Source of the DNA: an uncultured cyanobacterium
GTDB lineage: Bacteria; Cyanobacteriota; Cyanobacteriia; PCC-6307; Cyanobiaceae
Direction of reading: 5' to 3'
DNA: 64,000 bases
Assembly: GCA_963765575.1 (NCBI GenBank)
Contig: CAVXWZ010000011.1
Span: 640,001 to 704,000, forward strand
Part shown: one piece after another, positions 9,165-19,966 of the stretch
How positions within the stretch are numbered: the stretch's first letter is position 1
Layout of the letters: every line of letters starts with the position of its first letter
Position numbers and translations under genes: made by a program
The notes under the pieces: generated by a model
The model's database searches: none
The model's input: the letters and a program-made list of their open reading frames with translations, nothing else
Told to the model about the DNA's origin: nothing

Positions 9165-9788
9165 GTGTCCGGACCACCAGCGCCCTGCGGCCAGCCCTAC
9201 AGCTGGGACTTCGTGACTCCCGGGCTGCCCGACGGAGCCTTCGACGATGCCCCCGGTTTCAGCCCCACGCCGATGGAGCTGAGGGTGATGCTGCTGGCCC
9301 ATCTGCGGCCCCGCAGCGAGTCGCTGGTGTGGGACGTGGGCGGCGGCACCGGCGCCCTGGCCCTGGAGATCGCCCGGCTGATGCCCGCCGGCGCCGTGCA
9401 CACCCTGGAGCGGGATCCCGAGGCCATTGCCCTGCTGGAGAAGAACCGGCAGCGCTTCGGGATCAGCAACCTGCACATCCATGCCGGGGCGGCCCCCGAC
9501 GACCTCGCCTTGCTGCCGCCGCGGCCCGACCGGGTGCTGCTGGAGGTGGGCCGTCCCCTCGGCGCGGTGCTCACGGCGGTGTGGCAGGCGCTGCAGCCCA
9601 CCGGGCGCCTGGTGATCAGCACCGCCAGCCTGGAGGGACTGGTGGATGCCACCGACACCCTGGGCCAGCTGGCCGCCCGCGACGTGCAGGTGGTGCAGGC
9701 CACGGTGCACCGGATGCAGCGCCGCGGCAGCCAGACGAAGCTGGCGGCGGCCGAGCCCCTGTTCGTGATCGCGGCGGAGCGTCCTTGA
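9165..9788 (+). CDS. cbiT: Precorrin-6Y C15-methyltransferase (decarboxylating)
   Basis: VTPGLPDGAF, WDVGGGTG SAM motif, GRLVISTASLE. Confidence 0.85.
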   Translation: MSGPPAPCGQPYSWDFVTPGLPDGAFDDAPGFSPTPMELRVMLLAHLRPRSESLVWDVGGGTGALALEIARLMPAGAVHTLERDPEAIALLEKNRQRFGISNLHIHAGAAPDDLALLPPRPDRVLLEVGRPLGAVLTAVWQALQPTGRLVISTASLEGLVDATDTLGQLAARDVQVVQATVHRMQRRGSQTKLAAAEPLFVIAAERP

Positions 9789-10657
9789 GCTCGCCGCCGC
9801 CGCCCGTGTCCGTGCCGCAGCGATCCCCCAAGGCCACCTCCCTGGCCCGGCTGGCCAGTGGCTGGGCGGTGGGGGCGTTCGGCTTCGTGGTGGTGATGCT
9901 GGGTGGCTGGTGGTTCACCGTGGCCGTGGGGGTGATCGTGCACCTGGGCCTGCTGGAGTTCTTCCGCATGGCCCAGTTCAAGGGCATCCGGCCGGCCACC
10001 AAAACCACCCTGGTGGCGGTGCAGCTGCTGCTGTTCACCACCCAGCTCGCCGGCAGCGGCAGCTGGCTCACGGGCGATGTGGCCGCGGCGGTGCTGCCCG
10101 CCTCCGGCGCCGTGATCTGCGGCTGGCTGCTGCTGCAGCCGGTGACGGGCACGATCGCCGACATCGCCGCCTCGATCTTCGGGCTCTTCTATCTGGGCTT
10201 CCTGCCCAGCCACTGGATCAAGCTGCGCGATCTGCCCGACTCCGGCCTCGAGCTCACCCTGCTGGCCTGCTTCCTGATCGTGGCCACGGACATCGGCTCC
10301 TATGCCATCGGTCGGCGGCTGGGCCGGAGGCCGCTCTCGCCGATCTCGCCGGGCAAGACCGTCGAGGGGGCCCTGGGTGGGGTGGCCTGCGCCATGGCGG
10401 TGGGCGTGATCGGCGGCCTCTGGATCGGCTGGAGCTGGGGCTGGCTGATCGGTGCCCTGCTGGGGGCGGTGGTGGCCCTGTTCGCCCTGGTGGGCGACCT
10501 CACCGAGTCGATGATGAAGCGGGATGCGGGGCTGAAGGATTCCGGCGATGCCATCCCGGGGCACGGCGGCATCCTCGATCGCATCGACAGCTATCTGTTC
10601 GTGCCGGCGGTGGTCTATTCCCTGGTGACCCTGGTGTTGCCGCTGCTGCAGCGCTAG
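9785..10657 (+). CDS. cdsA: Phosphatidate cytidylyltransferase
   Basis: DIGSY..G, ISPGKTVEG, GDLTESMMKRDAGLKDSG..IPGHGGILDRIDS; TTGA overlap. Confidence 0.95.
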   Translation: MSSPPPPVSVPQRSPKATSLARLASGWAVGAFGFVVVMLGGWWFTVAVGVIVHLGLLEFFRMAQFKGIRPATKTTLVAVQLLLFTTQLAGSGSWLTGDVAAAVLPASGAVICGWLLLQPVTGTIADIAASIFGLFYLGFLPSHWIKLRDLPDSGLELTLLACFLIVATDIGSYAIGRRLGRRPLSPISPGKTVEGALGGVACAMAVGVIGGLWIGWSWGWLIGALLGAVVALFALVGDLTESMMKRDAGLKDSGDAIPGHGGILDRIDSYLFVPAVVYSLVTLVLPLLQR

Positions 10658-10691
10658 GGCCGGCCATCCGCCGGGGGCGCCCCAGGGCACT

Positions 10692-11366
10692 TCAGGGAGT
10701 CACCGTGGCCTCACCGGCGAGCACCAGCATGCCGGCCTCCACCGTGGCCTGCTCCACCCGCAGCGAGGCATCCAGGGGCAGCAGGGTGCGCTGAGTGCCA
10801 TCCAGGGTCACCAGCTCCAGGCCGCCCTCACTGGCCTCAATCGTGGTGGCCTGTTCCACCGGCCCGGCTGCGCCCACCCCCTGAGCCGCCAGCACCAGGT
10901 TGTTGTCCCCCAGCCGCAACCCCACCAGGGGGGTGATGCCCAGCAGCTCTTCGGCCAGCTGGTCGGCGAGGCTGCGCCAGCGGGGCTCGGCCAGGGAGTG
11001 GTTGAGACCGGCGCTGGTGAAGCTCACCAGGCCTCGGATCGTGAAGGCGTGCTGCAGCTCCAGAGCCTTTCTCTGCCAGAGGTTGCCCATCTGGATCCGC
11101 AGCGGCCCGCTGGTGAGGTCCACCAGCTCCAGCTGCAGGTTCTGGTAGCGGACCCCCCGCGCCCGCACCCGCACGCCTGCCAGGCGGCCCCGCAGCAGGG
11201 ACCAGGCCGAGCCCTGCAGCGCGATCTCGAGACTGTCGGCCCGCTCGCACTGCTGCCGCAGCCAGAGCTGCAGGGCGCCGGAGAGCAACCGCAGCACCGG
11301 CCCGTCGGAACCGTCTCCGGGGGTGATCCCGGCCGGCTCGTGCTGGGGGCCGGGGGCGGCGCTCAT
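10692..11366 (-). CDS. DUF2993/LmeA-like protein
   Basis: LLSGALQLWLRQQC..SLEIALQG..LLRGRL pattern; ATG 11366. Confidence 0.7.
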   Translation of the reverse strand: MSAAPGPQHEPAGITPGDGSDGPVLRLLSGALQLWLRQQCERADSLEIALQGSAWSLLRGRLAGVRVRARGVRYQNLQLELVDLTSGPLRIQMGNLWQRKALELQHAFTIRGLVSFTSAGLNHSLAEPRWRSLADQLAEELLGITPLVGLRLGDNNLVLAAQGVGAAGPVEQATTIEASEGGLELVTLDGTQRTLLPLDASLRVEQATVEAGMLVLAGEATVTP

Positions 11367-12280
11367 GGGGCGAGGGCCGGCTCGGTCAGCCAGGAGGCGG
11401 CGACGGTTTCGGGTTGATCGATGTGGGGCAGGTGACCGCAGCCCTCCAGCTCCCGCACCCGCTGGCCCAGCAGGGCCAGGGCGGCCCGCTTCTGGGGCGG
11501 CCGCAGGATGCGGTCCTGGGCCCCCCACAGCACCGCCAGGGGCTGGGGGGGCAGGGGGGCGCCGCAGCCTGCGAAACCACCGCTGCGGGCGAAGGCGGCC
11601 AGGGCTTCGGCCCAGAGCGGCGCCTGCAGGTGCAGGGAGGCGATCTCCAATTCCGCCGCTCCCACGCTGTGGTCGGGATCGGCGAAGGCGCTGCGGCAGA
11701 GCCCCCGTCGCACGGCGGGCAGGGCCAGAAAGCGAACCCCCAGGCCATCCAGCAGCGGCGGCAGGGGCATGGGCCGGCCGGTGAGGCCCGCCGGCGCCAG
11801 CAGCAGCAGGCGCCGGATTTGCTGGGGCAGGCGCCGGGCCAGCTCCACCGCCACCGATCCGCCCATGGAGGCGCCGATGACGCCGATGCCGGCCTGCGTC
11901 CCTGCGCCGAGTCCCTTGCTGGGGGCGTCGATGGCGGCCAGCAGCCTCACCAGCTGATCGAGCACCGGCCCCGGTCCGAAGGGGCCGCCGCTGGGGCGCG
12001 GGCTGAAGCCGAAGCCGTGCAGATCGGGAATGAACAGGCGGTGGTGTCCCGCCAGCAGCGGCGCCAGGCGGCGAAATTCCAGGAAGGAGCTGTCGAAGCC
12101 ATGCAGCAGCAGCAGCGGTGGCCCCTCGCCCAGCACGGCCACGGGCCACTCCCCGTCCAGCCCGGCCAGATCCCACCACTGCACGCTGGCGGCCAGGCTG
12201 CGGCCCTGGGGGTCGAGCAGGCCAGCGGCCGCCTCGCTCACCAGCGCCCTGCAGCGGTCTTGTTGGGGGCGAGGGATCAC
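11363..12280 (-). CDS. Alpha/beta fold hydrolase
   Basis: LLLHGFDSS, DLHGFGFS, nucleophile GASMGG, WGAQD, GHLPH; GTGA overlap start (or GTG 12241). Confidence 0.9.
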   Translation of the reverse strand: MIPRPQQDRCRALVSEAAAGLLDPQGRSLAASVQWWDLAGLDGEWPVAVLGEGPPLLLLHGFDSSFLEFRRLAPLLAGHHRLFIPDLHGFGFSPRPSGGPFGPGPVLDQLVRLLAAIDAPSKGLGAGTQAGIGVIGASMGGSVAVELARRLPQQIRRLLLLAPAGLTGRPMPLPPLLDGLGVRFLALPAVRRGLCRSAFADPDHSVGAAELEIASLHLQAPLWAEALAAFARSGGFAGCGAPLPPQPLAVLWGAQDRILRPPQKRAALALLGQRVRELEGCGHLPHIDQPETVAASWLTEPALAP

Positions 12281-13425
12281 GCCGGCTGCCGCTCGGCGGC
12301 CCGGGCGCTGGCGGTGCTCACCAGCGCCGCCAGCAGGTCGGCTTCGCCCACCGCAAAGGGCAGGTGGTGCAGATCGGAGCCCGGGGCGCAGGCACAGGCG
12401 CACACGGCCTGCAGGTCGCTGAGGCTGGCCTGAGCCAGCCCCAGCTCCGCCAGGGTGCAGGGAATGCCCAGGCTCTGGAACAGCGGCAGCAGCTGGCGGC
12501 GGGCCTGGGCCGCCAGCTGCTGAGCGCCCACCAGTTCCTCCAGCCGCAACTGCACCAGCACACCGAAGCCCACCTTTTCGCCGTGCAGGCTGCCGTGGCA
12601 GGCCGCCAGTTGGGTGAGGCCGTTGTGCACCGCATGGGCGGCCACGGTGCGGCAGCGGGAGCCACCCAGGCCACCGATCAGGCCGGCGGTGAGAGCGCAG
12701 GCTTCGGCCACCCTCACCCAGGCCGCGCTGGGGGGACTGGTGGGCTGGGTGGCGCCGGCCGTCATCCCATCGGCCATGGCGGCCTCGGCCTCCAGCAGCA
12801 GCTGGTCGCGCAGCACCCGGGCCATCTGCACCGCCTGCTGAATCAGGCCGTCGTGGCTGCCGCCGCTGCTCACCGATGCCTCGTACCACTTGGCCATGGC
12901 GTCGGCGATGCCACTGGCCAGGGTGCGTGGTGGCGCCTGACGCACCAGACGGTGGTCGAACACCAGCAGATCCGGGCAGCGCTCCAGCGCCACATCCCCC
13001 AGAAAGGCGCCCTGGGGTGAGTAGAGGTTGGAGAGGGCGGTCCAGCCGGCGCAGGTGGCGGCGCTGGTGGGCACGGTGACGCAGGCCAGCCCCAGGCGCT
13101 GGGCCAGGAGCTTGCCGGCATCGAGCACCTTGCCGCCGCCGGCGGCCAGCACCAGATCCACTCCGGCGCTGCGGGCTTCGGTTTCCAGCCGCTGCAGATC
13201 CTCGGGGCAGCAGTCGTGGGCCAGGGCGGCCTGGGTGACCTGCAGGCCGCTGGCGTTCAGCTCCGTGGCCAACTGCTGGCGCAGGGCCGCGGTGGCCGAG
13301 CTGCGGCCGAGCAGCAAGCCATGGCTGCCGAGACCCCCCACCAGGGGCAGCGCCTCCTGCCAGGCGCCCGGCCCGCGCAGCACCCGGGCTGGGGCGATGG
13401 CGTGGGCACTGGTGAGGGGCGTCAT
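12277..13425 (-). CDS. gldA: Iron-containing alcohol/glycerol dehydrogenase family
   Basis: GGGKVLDAGK, PTSAATCA, GIADAMAKWYE, AHAVHNGLT, HGEKV. Confidence 0.85.
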   Translation of the reverse strand: MTPLTSAHAIAPARVLRGPGAWQEALPLVGGLGSHGLLLGRSSATAALRQQLATELNASGLQVTQAALAHDCCPEDLQRLETEARSAGVDLVLAAGGGKVLDAGKLLAQRLGLACVTVPTSAATCAGWTALSNLYSPQGAFLGDVALERCPDLLVFDHRLVRQAPPRTLASGIADAMAKWYEASVSSGGSHDGLIQQAVQMARVLRDQLLLEAEAAMADGMTAGATQPTSPPSAAWVRVAEACALTAGLIGGLGGSRCRTVAAHAVHNGLTQLAACHGSLHGEKVGFGVLVQLRLEELVGAQQLAAQARRQLLPLFQSLGIPCTLAELGLAQASLSDLQAVCACACAPGSDLHHLPFAVGEADLLAALVSTASARAAERQPA

Positions 13426-13447
13426 CGGGCGATCGTATGCAGCGGGA

Positions 13448-13477
13448 TCAGGACCATGGAGGGGTCAGGACCATGGA
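13448..13477. repeat. 13-bp direct repeat in the gldA upstream region
   Basis: TCAGGACCATGGA at 13448 and 13465. Confidence 0.8.
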
Positions 13478-13480
13478 CGT

Positions 13481-13509
13481 GCCCCCCGCCGGCTTCGCTG
13501 GTGGGGGGC
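13481..13509. terminator. GC-rich hairpin downstream of clpC (possible terminator or stabiliser)
   Basis: GCCCCCCGCCGGC-TTC-GCTGGTGGGGGGC; no U-tract. Confidence 0.35.
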
Positions 13510-13557
13510 TGTGATTGGCGATGGGCGGCACTGACTGGCGGCGGCGGCTGAAGGGCC

Positions 13558-16143
13558 TCAGGCGCCGGCGCCGGCCAGTTCGGGCACGGCTGGCTCGGCG
13601 GTGTCCTGCTTACGGATCACCACCTGCTTGGCCTCGTTCACGTCCACCAGGGCATGGTCGCCCTCGCTGATGCGGGAGCTGAGGAACTCCTCGGCCAGGG
13701 AGTCTTCCAGCAGGCGCATCACGGCCCGGCGCAGGGGGCGGGCGCCGTAGGAGGGGTTGTAGCCCTCCTCCACAAGCCGTTCCTTGAAGGCATCGGTGAC
13801 GGCCAGGTGAATCCCCTTCTCCTCCATGCGGTTGAACACTTCCTTGAGCATGATCTCGGCGATCACCTTGACCTCGTCGCGGGTGAGCTGACGGAAGACG
13901 ATGATCTCGTCCAGCCGGTTGAGGAATTCGGGGCGGAAGTACTGCTTGAGCTCCTCGTTGACCAGCGCGCGAATGCGGTTGTACTGGCTGTCTTCCGCAG
14001 CCTCTCCGGAAAACTCGAAGCCCAGGCCACCGCCACCCTTCTCGATCACCTTCGAACCGATGTTCGAGGTCATGATGATCAGGGTGTTCTTGAAGTCAAC
14101 CGTGCGGCCCTTGGAGTCGGTGAGGCGACCGTCCTCGAGCAGCTGGAGCAGCAGGTTGAAGACGTCGGGGTGGGCTTTCTCGATCTCGTCGAACAGCACC
14201 ACGGTGTAGGGCCTGCGGCGCACGGCCTCGGTGAGCTGACCGCCCTCGTTGAAGCCCACATAACCCGGAGGCGACCCGATCAGCTTGCTGACGGTGTGGC
14301 GCTCCATGAACTCCGACATGTCGAGACGGATCATCGACTCTTCGCTGCCGAAGAAGTAGGTGGCCAGGGCCTTGGTGAGCTCGGTCTTGCCCACGCCGGT
14401 GGGGCCGGAGAAGATGAAGCTGGCGATTGGCCGGTTGGGGTTCTTGAGGCCGACGCGGGCGCGGCGGATGGCCCGGGAGACGGCCTTGACGGCTTCGTCC
14501 TGGCCGATCAGGCGCTGGTGGAGGGTCTCCTCCATGTTCAGCAGCTTGGCCGACTCACTTTCGGTGAGTTTCTGCACCGGCACGCCGGTCCAGGAGGCCA
14601 CGATGTGGGCGATGTCCTCTTCGGTGACGGTGGGTCCGCGATCGAGATCCTCCAGGGCATGGGCCTCGCTGACGGCGGGGCTGGTGATGGCACTGCCGGC
14701 CACGGCGGTGTCGGTGGCCTCGGTGCTGGAGCCCTCAGCTGCCGGGGCGGATTCGGTCTTGCGGGCCTGGAGGATGGTGCGGATCTGATCCCGCAGTTCC
14801 ACCTCCTTGTCGCGCAGCTCGCCGGCCTTGGTGAAGTCCTGCTCGCGCACGGCCTCCTCCTTCTCCTTCTGCACGGCGCGCAGCTGCTTGTCGATCTCCT
14901 TGGCCGCCGGCGGCAGCTTGGAGTTCATCAGGCGCACGCGGCTGCCGGCCTCATCGACCAGGTCGATGGCCTTGTCGGGCAGGAAGCGATCGGAGATGTA
15001 GCGATCCCCGAGGGTGGCAGCCGCAATCAGGGCATCGTCTTCGATCGTGAGCCGGTGGTGCTCCTCGTAGCGGTCCTTGAGACCGCGCAGGATCTCGATG
15101 GTGTCCACCACGGACGGCTCGCCCACCATCACCGGCTGGAAGCGCCGTTCCAGGGCGGCATCGCGTTCGATGTGCTTGCGGTATTCGTCGAGGGTGGTGG
15201 CGCCGATGCACTGCAACTCGCCGCGGGCCAAGGCCGGCTTGAGGATGTTGGCGGCATCGATGGCGCCTTCGGCGGCGCCGGCGCCGATGAGGGTGTGCAC
15301 CTCGTCGATGACGAGGATCACATTGCCCGCACCGCGGATCTCCTCCATGATTTTCTTGAGGCGCTCCTCGAACTCGCCCCGGTACTTGGTGCCGGCCACC
15401 AACAGGCCGATGTCGAGGGTGAGAACGCGCTTCTCCTCCAGGATGTCGGGAATGTCGCCCGACTGAATGCGCTGGGCCAGGCCCTCGGCGATGGCGGTCT
15501 TGCCGACGCCGGGCTCGCCGATCAGCACGGGGTTGTTCTTGGTGCGGCGGCCGAGGATCTGGATCACCCGCTCGATCTCGTTCTGGCGGCCCACCACCGG
15601 GTCGAGCTTGCCGTCGGAGGCCTGCTGGGTGAGGTTGCTGCCGAATTCGTCGAGGGTGGGGGTCTTGGTGGAGCCCTTGCCGCCGCCGCTGCCGGCGGCC
15701 ACCTCGGCGGTCTCGCCGAGCATGCGGATCACCTGGGTGCGCACCTTGGCGAGATCCACGCCGAGGTTTTCGAGCACGCGGGCGGCGACCCCCTCACCCT
15801 CGCGGATCAGGCCCAGCAGCAGGTGCTCGGTGCCGATGTAGTTGTGACCAAGCTGGCGAGCTTCCTCCAGGGACAGCTCCAGCACCCGCTTGGCGCGGGG
15901 GGTGAAGGGAATCTCCACGGCCACGAAGCCGGAGCCTCGGCCGATGATCTTCTCCACCTCAACGCGGGCGTCCTTGAGGTTGACCCCCATGGACTTGAGC
16001 ACCTTGGCGGCGACGCCGGTGCCCTCGCCGATCAGCCCCAGCAGGATTTGCTCGGTGCCCACAAAATTGTGGCCCAGCCTTCGCGCCTCCTCTTGGGCCA
16101 GCATGATCACTTTGATGGCCTTCTCGGTGAACCGCTCGAACAT
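13558..16143 (-). CDS. clpC: ATP-dependent Clp protease ATP-binding subunit ClpC
   Basis: [25 protein letters not shown]; Walker A GEPGVGKT and [12 protein letters not shown]-domain; GARPLRR. Confidence 0.98.
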   Translation of the reverse strand: MFERFTEKAIKVIMLAQEEARRLGHNFVGTEQILLGLIGEGTGVAAKVLKSMGVNLKDARVEVEKIIGRGSGFVAVEIPFTPRAKRVLELSLEEARQLGHNYIGTEHLLLGLIREGEGVAARVLENLGVDLAKVRTQVIRMLGETAEVAAGSGGGKGSTKTPTLDEFGSNLTQQASDGKLDPVVGRQNEIERVIQILGRRTKNNPVLIGEPGVGKTAIAEGLAQRIQSGDIPDILEEKRVLTLDIGLLVAGTKYRGEFEERLKKIMEEIRGAGNVILVIDEVHTLIGAGAAEGAIDAANILKPALARGELQCIGATTLDEYRKHIERDAALERRFQPVMVGEPSVVDTIEILRGLKDRYEEHHRLTIEDDALIAAATLGDRYISDRFLPDKAIDLVDEAGSRVRLMNSKLPPAAKEIDKQLRAVQKEKEEAVREQDFTKAGELRDKEVELRDQIRTILQARKTESAPAAEGSSTEATDTAVAGSAITSPAVSEAHALEDLDRGPTVTEEDIAHIVASWTGVPVQKLTESESAKLLNMEETLHQRLIGQDEAVKAVSRAIRRARVGLKNPNRPIASFIFSGPTGVGKTELTKALATYFFGSEESMIRLDMSEFMERHTVSKLIGSPPGYVGFNEGGQLTEAVRRRPYTVVLFDEIEKAHPDVFNLLLQLLEDGRLTDSKGRTVDFKNTLIIMTSNIGSKVIEKGGGGLGFEFSGEAAEDSQYNRIRALVNEELKQYFRPEFLNRLDEIIVFRQLTRDEVKVIAEIMLKEVFNRMEEKGIHLAVTDAFKERLVEEGYNPSYGARPLRRAVMRLLEDSLAEEFLSSRISEGDHALVDVNEAKQVVIRKQDTAEPAVPELAGAGA

Positions 16144-16366
16144 GGGGCGGGACCTGTTGCAAGTTGATCCAACCTATCAGGGTTGACAGGGGCTGTGTGG
16201 CTGCCAGGACCAGGAGGCCAGATCCCCTGTGCCGGCGCTGGAGGCAGGGGAGTTCATGACAATCGAGGCGGTCTAAGTAGCGGAAAGCGATTATAAGAAA
16301 AGCCGGATAACCGTACCGTTTCTGAGCGGCCATTCCCAGCACCCCTCTCAAGGCGCCGTCGCCGGC

Positions 16367-16816
16367 TCAGCCCAGCTGCATCCAGAGGATCAGGGCGTCG
16401 TCGCCATTGCGGTAGTAGCCGGGGCGGCGGCCGGCCTGCCGGAAGCCCAGGCTTTGGTAGAGGGCCAGGGCCGCCGCGTTGCCGCAGGCCACCTCCAGCG
16501 TCGCCCGCTCGGCGCCCTGGCCGCCGGCGATCTCCAGCAGGCCCCCCAGCACCTGCCGGCCGAGGCCGCGGCGGCGTTGCCCGGGATCCACGGCCACCAG
16601 GGTGATGTGCAGTTCGTCGAGGATCAGCCAACCGCAGGCCATGGCCTGCAGCTGGCCATCCCGCCCCACTCCCAGCCCCGGCCGCCGCGGATCGGCCAGC
16701 TCGGTGCCCCATTGCTGGCGGCTCCAGAGCCCCCCCAGGCTGAGGCCATCGAGGGCCAGGCAGGCCTCCAGGTGGGCGGGGCCCAGGATCACGGGTTCAC
16801 AGGACAGCCGGTTCAT
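16367..16816 (-). CDS. rimI: RimI-like GNAT N-acetyltransferase
   Basis: ELHITLVAVDP..RRRGLG, TLEVA..N..ALALY..GF, RPGYY..GDDA. Confidence 0.85.
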   Translation of the reverse strand: MNRLSCEPVILGPAHLEACLALDGLSLGGLWSRQQWGTELADPRRPGLGVGRDGQLQAMACGWLILDELHITLVAVDPGQRRRGLGRQVLGGLLEIAGGQGAERATLEVACGNAAALALYQSLGFRQAGRRPGYYRNGDDALILWMQLG

Positions 16817-16881
16817 CAGGCACGGCAACAGCCGCCAGGCATTCCGTACATTCGACGTTTGGCAACCCACCGCGTCCGGCC

Positions 16882-18294
16882 ATGGTGATCTCCACTCAAG
16901 CCACCGGCCTGGATCGCGCCGGTGAGGGCTGCAGCGGTCAGCCCTACGAGGTTGGCTGTGACCGGGCCAGCCCCAACCGCAACCTGGCGCCGCTCAGCAC
17001 CAGCCTGGATGCCGAAGGCCGGATGATGCTGGGCGGCTGCCGGCTGAGCGAGTTGGCCCGCACCTATGGCACACCGTTGTATGTGCTCGATGAGGCCACC
17101 CTGCGGGCCAGCTGCCGGGCCTACAGGCAGGCGTTGGAGACCCACTACCCCGGCCCCTCGCTGGCCCTCTACGCCTCCAAGGCCAACAGCTCGGTGGCGC
17201 TGACGGCCCTGATCGCGTCCGAAGGACTGGGACTCGATGCGGTGTCGGCCGGGGAGCTGCTCACCGCCCTGCGCGGCGGCATGCCGCCGGAGCGCATCGT
17301 GCTGCACGGCAACAACAAGAGCCGCGAGGAGCTGGCCCTGGCTGCCCGGCGCGGGGTGACCGTGGTGCTGGACAACTGGCGTGACATCGAGCTGCTCACG
17401 GAGCTGGCCCCCGGCCTCGATGAGCCGGTGGGGCTGATGCTGCGCTTCACCCCGGGGATCGAGTGCCACACCCATGAGTACATCCGCACCGGCCACCTGG
17501 ACAGCAAATTCGGCTTCGATCCAGACCAGCTGGAGACGGTGCTGAAGCATCTGGCGGCCTGCCCCTGGGCGCGGCTCACCGGGCTGCACGCCCACATCGG
17601 CTCGCAGATCTTTGAGCTCCAGCCCCACTGCGACCTGGCCGGGGTGATGGCCGAGGCCCTCGCCCTGGCCCGCGCCTGCGGCCATCCGGTGAGCGACCTC
17701 AACGTGGGGGGCGGCCTGGGCATCCGCTACGTGGCCAGCGACGATCCCCCCAGCATTGAGGAGTGGGTGGCCGCGGTGGCCACGGCCGTTGTGCAGGCCT
17801 GCCACCAGCGCCACCTCGACCTGCCTCGGCTGCTGTGCGAACCCGGTCGTTCCCTGGTGGCGACCGCCGGCCTCACGCTCTATGTGATCGGCAGCCGCAA
17901 GGAGATTCCCGGCATCCGCACCTACCTTGCGGTGGATGGGGGCATGAGCGACAACCCCCGACCGATCACCTACGAGTCGCCGTACACCGCCGTGCTGGTG
18001 GACCGGCCCGGGGCCGAGGCCAGCGACACCGTGACCCTGGCCGGCAAACACTGCGAGTCGGGGGACGTGCTGCTCAAGGACCTGGCCCTGCCCCCCGCCA
18101 CCAGTGGCGATGTGATTGCGGTGCTGGCCACCGGCGCCTACAACGCCTCGATGGCCTCCAACTACAACCGCATCCCGCGGCCGGCGGCGGTGCTGGTGCA
18201 CGACGGCATGGCTGACCTGGTGCAACGGCGTGAACAGCCGGAAGACCTACTGCGCTACGACGTGCTGCCAGCCCGCCTGAGGCCGGTAACGTAA
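16882..18294 (+). CDS. lysA: Diaminopimelate decarboxylase
   Basis: YGTPLYV, YASKAN, HGNNKS, SKFG, HIGSQ, EPGRSL, GKHCESGD, GAY..SMASNYN. Confidence 0.97.
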   Translation: MVISTQATGLDRAGEGCSGQPYEVGCDRASPNRNLAPLSTSLDAEGRMMLGGCRLSELARTYGTPLYVLDEATLRASCRAYRQALETHYPGPSLALYASKANSSVALTALIASEGLGLDAVSAGELLTALRGGMPPERIVLHGNNKSREELALAARRGVTVVLDNWRDIELLTELAPGLDEPVGLMLRFTPGIECHTHEYIRTGHLDSKFGFDPDQLETVLKHLAACPWARLTGLHAHIGSQIFELQPHCDLAGVMAEALALARACGHPVSDLNVGGGLGIRYVASDDPPSIEEWVAAVATAVVQACHQRHLDLPRLLCEPGRSLVATAGLTLYVIGSRKEIPGIRTYLAVDGGMSDNPRPITYESPYTAVLVDRPGAEASDTVTLAGKHCESGDVLLKDLALPPATSGDVIAVLATGAYNASMASNYNRIPRPAAVLVHDGMADLVQRREQPEDLLRYDVLPARLRPVT

Positions 18295-18315
18295 GCCACA
18301 GGTTTCGGTGACGGT

Positions 18316-19158
18316 GTGGGCGGGCCCTGGCTCGGGAGTTGGCTCCGCATCGCCGATCCACGTCTGTTTCTCGGGCCCTTTCTCGACCTGCTTCTGGCCG
18401 TTGGCCTCGGCGTGCTCGTGCTGGGGCGGGTGCGCGACTCCCGCACCCTGTGGCTGCTGCGCGGTTACCTGCTGCTGGTGGCCCTGGCCTGGGCGGTGCA
18501 GCGCTTCGCCAACCTGCCCCTCACCGCCAAGCTGGTGGATGCGCTGGTGCTGGCCTGCAGCCTCTCCCTGGCGATTCTCTGGCAGGGGGAGCTGCGCCGG
18601 TTCATGGAACTGCTCGGCACCGGCCGGCTGGACCTGCTGCTCGGCACGCGCAATGGCGATGCCCTCAAGTCGGGGGCGGTGGGGGTGATCAGCGAGGCCG
18701 CCGGCCGCCTGTCCCAGGCGCGGCGCGGGGCCCTGATCGTGGTGGACCACGGCAGTGATCTGAGTCCGGAGGATTTCCTCAATCCCGGCATCCCCCTGGA
18801 TGCCCAGCTGTCGGTGGATCTGCTGCTCAACCTGTTCGCCACCGACACGCCGCTCCATGACGGCGCCGTGGTGGTGAAGGGCAACCGCATCCAGGCGGCC
18901 GGCGTGATCCTGCCCCTCTCCCGCCAGGGGATCAACCGCTACGGCACCCGCCACCTGGCGGCCCTCGGTCTCACGGAGCGCTTCAACCGCTGCCTGGCGA
19001 TCGTGGTGTCGGAGGAAACCGGCACCCTGTCGCTGGCCTGCCGGGGCCGGCTGGAGCGGCCGATCACCAGCAGCCGGCTGCACGACCTGCTCAGTGACGC
19101 CCTCGCCAAGCCTGGTGGACGTAGCGTGGCCAAGGACACGCCGGATTCCCGCGGATGA
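18316..19158 (+). CDS. cdaA: Diadenylate cyclase (c-di-AMP synthase)
   Basis: Three N-terminal TM segments, TPLHDGA, GTRH, VVSEETG; lysA-cdaA-uppS order. Confidence 0.93.
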   Translation: MGGPWLGSWLRIADPRLFLGPFLDLLLAVGLGVLVLGRVRDSRTLWLLRGYLLLVALAWAVQRFANLPLTAKLVDALVLACSLSLAILWQGELRRFMELLGTGRLDLLLGTRNGDALKSGAVGVISEAAGRLSQARRGALIVVDHGSDLSPEDFLNPGIPLDAQLSVDLLLNLFATDTPLHDGAVVVKGNRIQAAGVILPLSRQGINRYGTRHLAALGLTERFNRCLAIVVSEETGTLSLACRGRLERPITSSRLHDLLSDALAKPGGRSVAKDTPDSRG

Positions 19159-19943
19159 GTCGCGCCCTGGCGACCGACAGCCATTCCATCCACAGCGCCG
19201 CCCGGCAGGGATCGCCGGCCGGGCTTGATCGCTCCCGGCTGCCGGTCCATGTGGCCGTGATCATGGATGGCAACGGCCGCTGGGCCCGGGGCCGCGGCCT
19301 GCCGCGGGTGATGGGCCACCGGGCCGGGGTGGAGGCGCTCAAACGCACCCTGCGCCTCTGCAATGACTGGGGCATCGGCGCCCTCACCGCCTACGCCTTC
19401 TCCACGGAGAACTGGAACCGGCCGGGGGAGGAGGTGAACTTCCTGATGGCCCTGTTCGAGCGGGTGCTGGAGCGGGAGCTGGAGGCGCTGGATCGCGAAC
19501 GGGTGCGGATCCGTTTCCTCGGCGACCTCACCCCCCTGCCGGCTGGCCTGCAGCGGCTGATCGCCGAGGCCACCAGCCGCACCGCCGCCAACGACGGCAT
19601 CCATTTCAACGTCTGCACCAACTACGGCGGCCGCGCCGAACTGGTGGGGGCGGCCCGTCGCCTGGCCGAGCGGGTGGCCCGGGGCGAGCTGGACCCCACG
19701 GCCATCGACGAGGCCAGCTTCGCCGCCGAGCTGCACACCGCCGGAGAGCGCGATCCCGACCTGCTGATCCGCACCAGCGGCGAGCAGCGCATCAGCAACT
19801 TCCTGCTCTGGCAGCTGGCCTATGCGGAGCTGCACATCACCGAGGTGCTCTGGCCCGATTTCAACGAGGCGGCGCTGCTTGCCGCCCTGCTCGACTACCA
19901 GAGCCGTCACCGCCGCTTCGGCGGCGTGGATCCCGGCCACTGA
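19155..19943 (+). CDS. uppS: Undecaprenyl diphosphate synthase (isoprenyl transferase)
   Basis: [41 protein letters not shown]. Confidence 0.96.
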   Translation: MSRALATDSHSIHSAARQGSPAGLDRSRLPVHVAVIMDGNGRWARGRGLPRVMGHRAGVEALKRTLRLCNDWGIGALTAYAFSTENWNRPGEEVNFLMALFERVLERELEALDRERVRIRFLGDLTPLPAGLQRLIAEATSRTAANDGIHFNVCTNYGGRAELVGAARRLAERVARGELDPTAIDEASFAAELHTAGERDPDLLIRTSGEQRISNFLLWQLAYAELHITEVLWPDFNEAALLAALLDYQSRHRRFGGVDPGH

Positions 19944-19966
19944 TTTCCCTCGCCCCCCAGAGCCCC

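Noticed and set aside
5991..9710. 1239-aa ORF suggesting a giant kinase fusion
   Set aside because: Only 5991-7658 is kinase; the rest is antisense to the decarboxylase and cbiT.
13654..16167. 837-aa plus-strand ORF and many other long shadow ORFs (e.g. 47034-49103, 56368-58893, 1366-2907)
   Set aside because: Antisense or off-frame to clearly recognisable genes; expected from stop-codon scarcity at high GC.
16882..19943. lysA-cdaA-uppS as a novel signalling or defence operon
   Set aside because: Known conserved cyanobacterial arrangement; CdaA is the housekeeping c-di-AMP cyclase.
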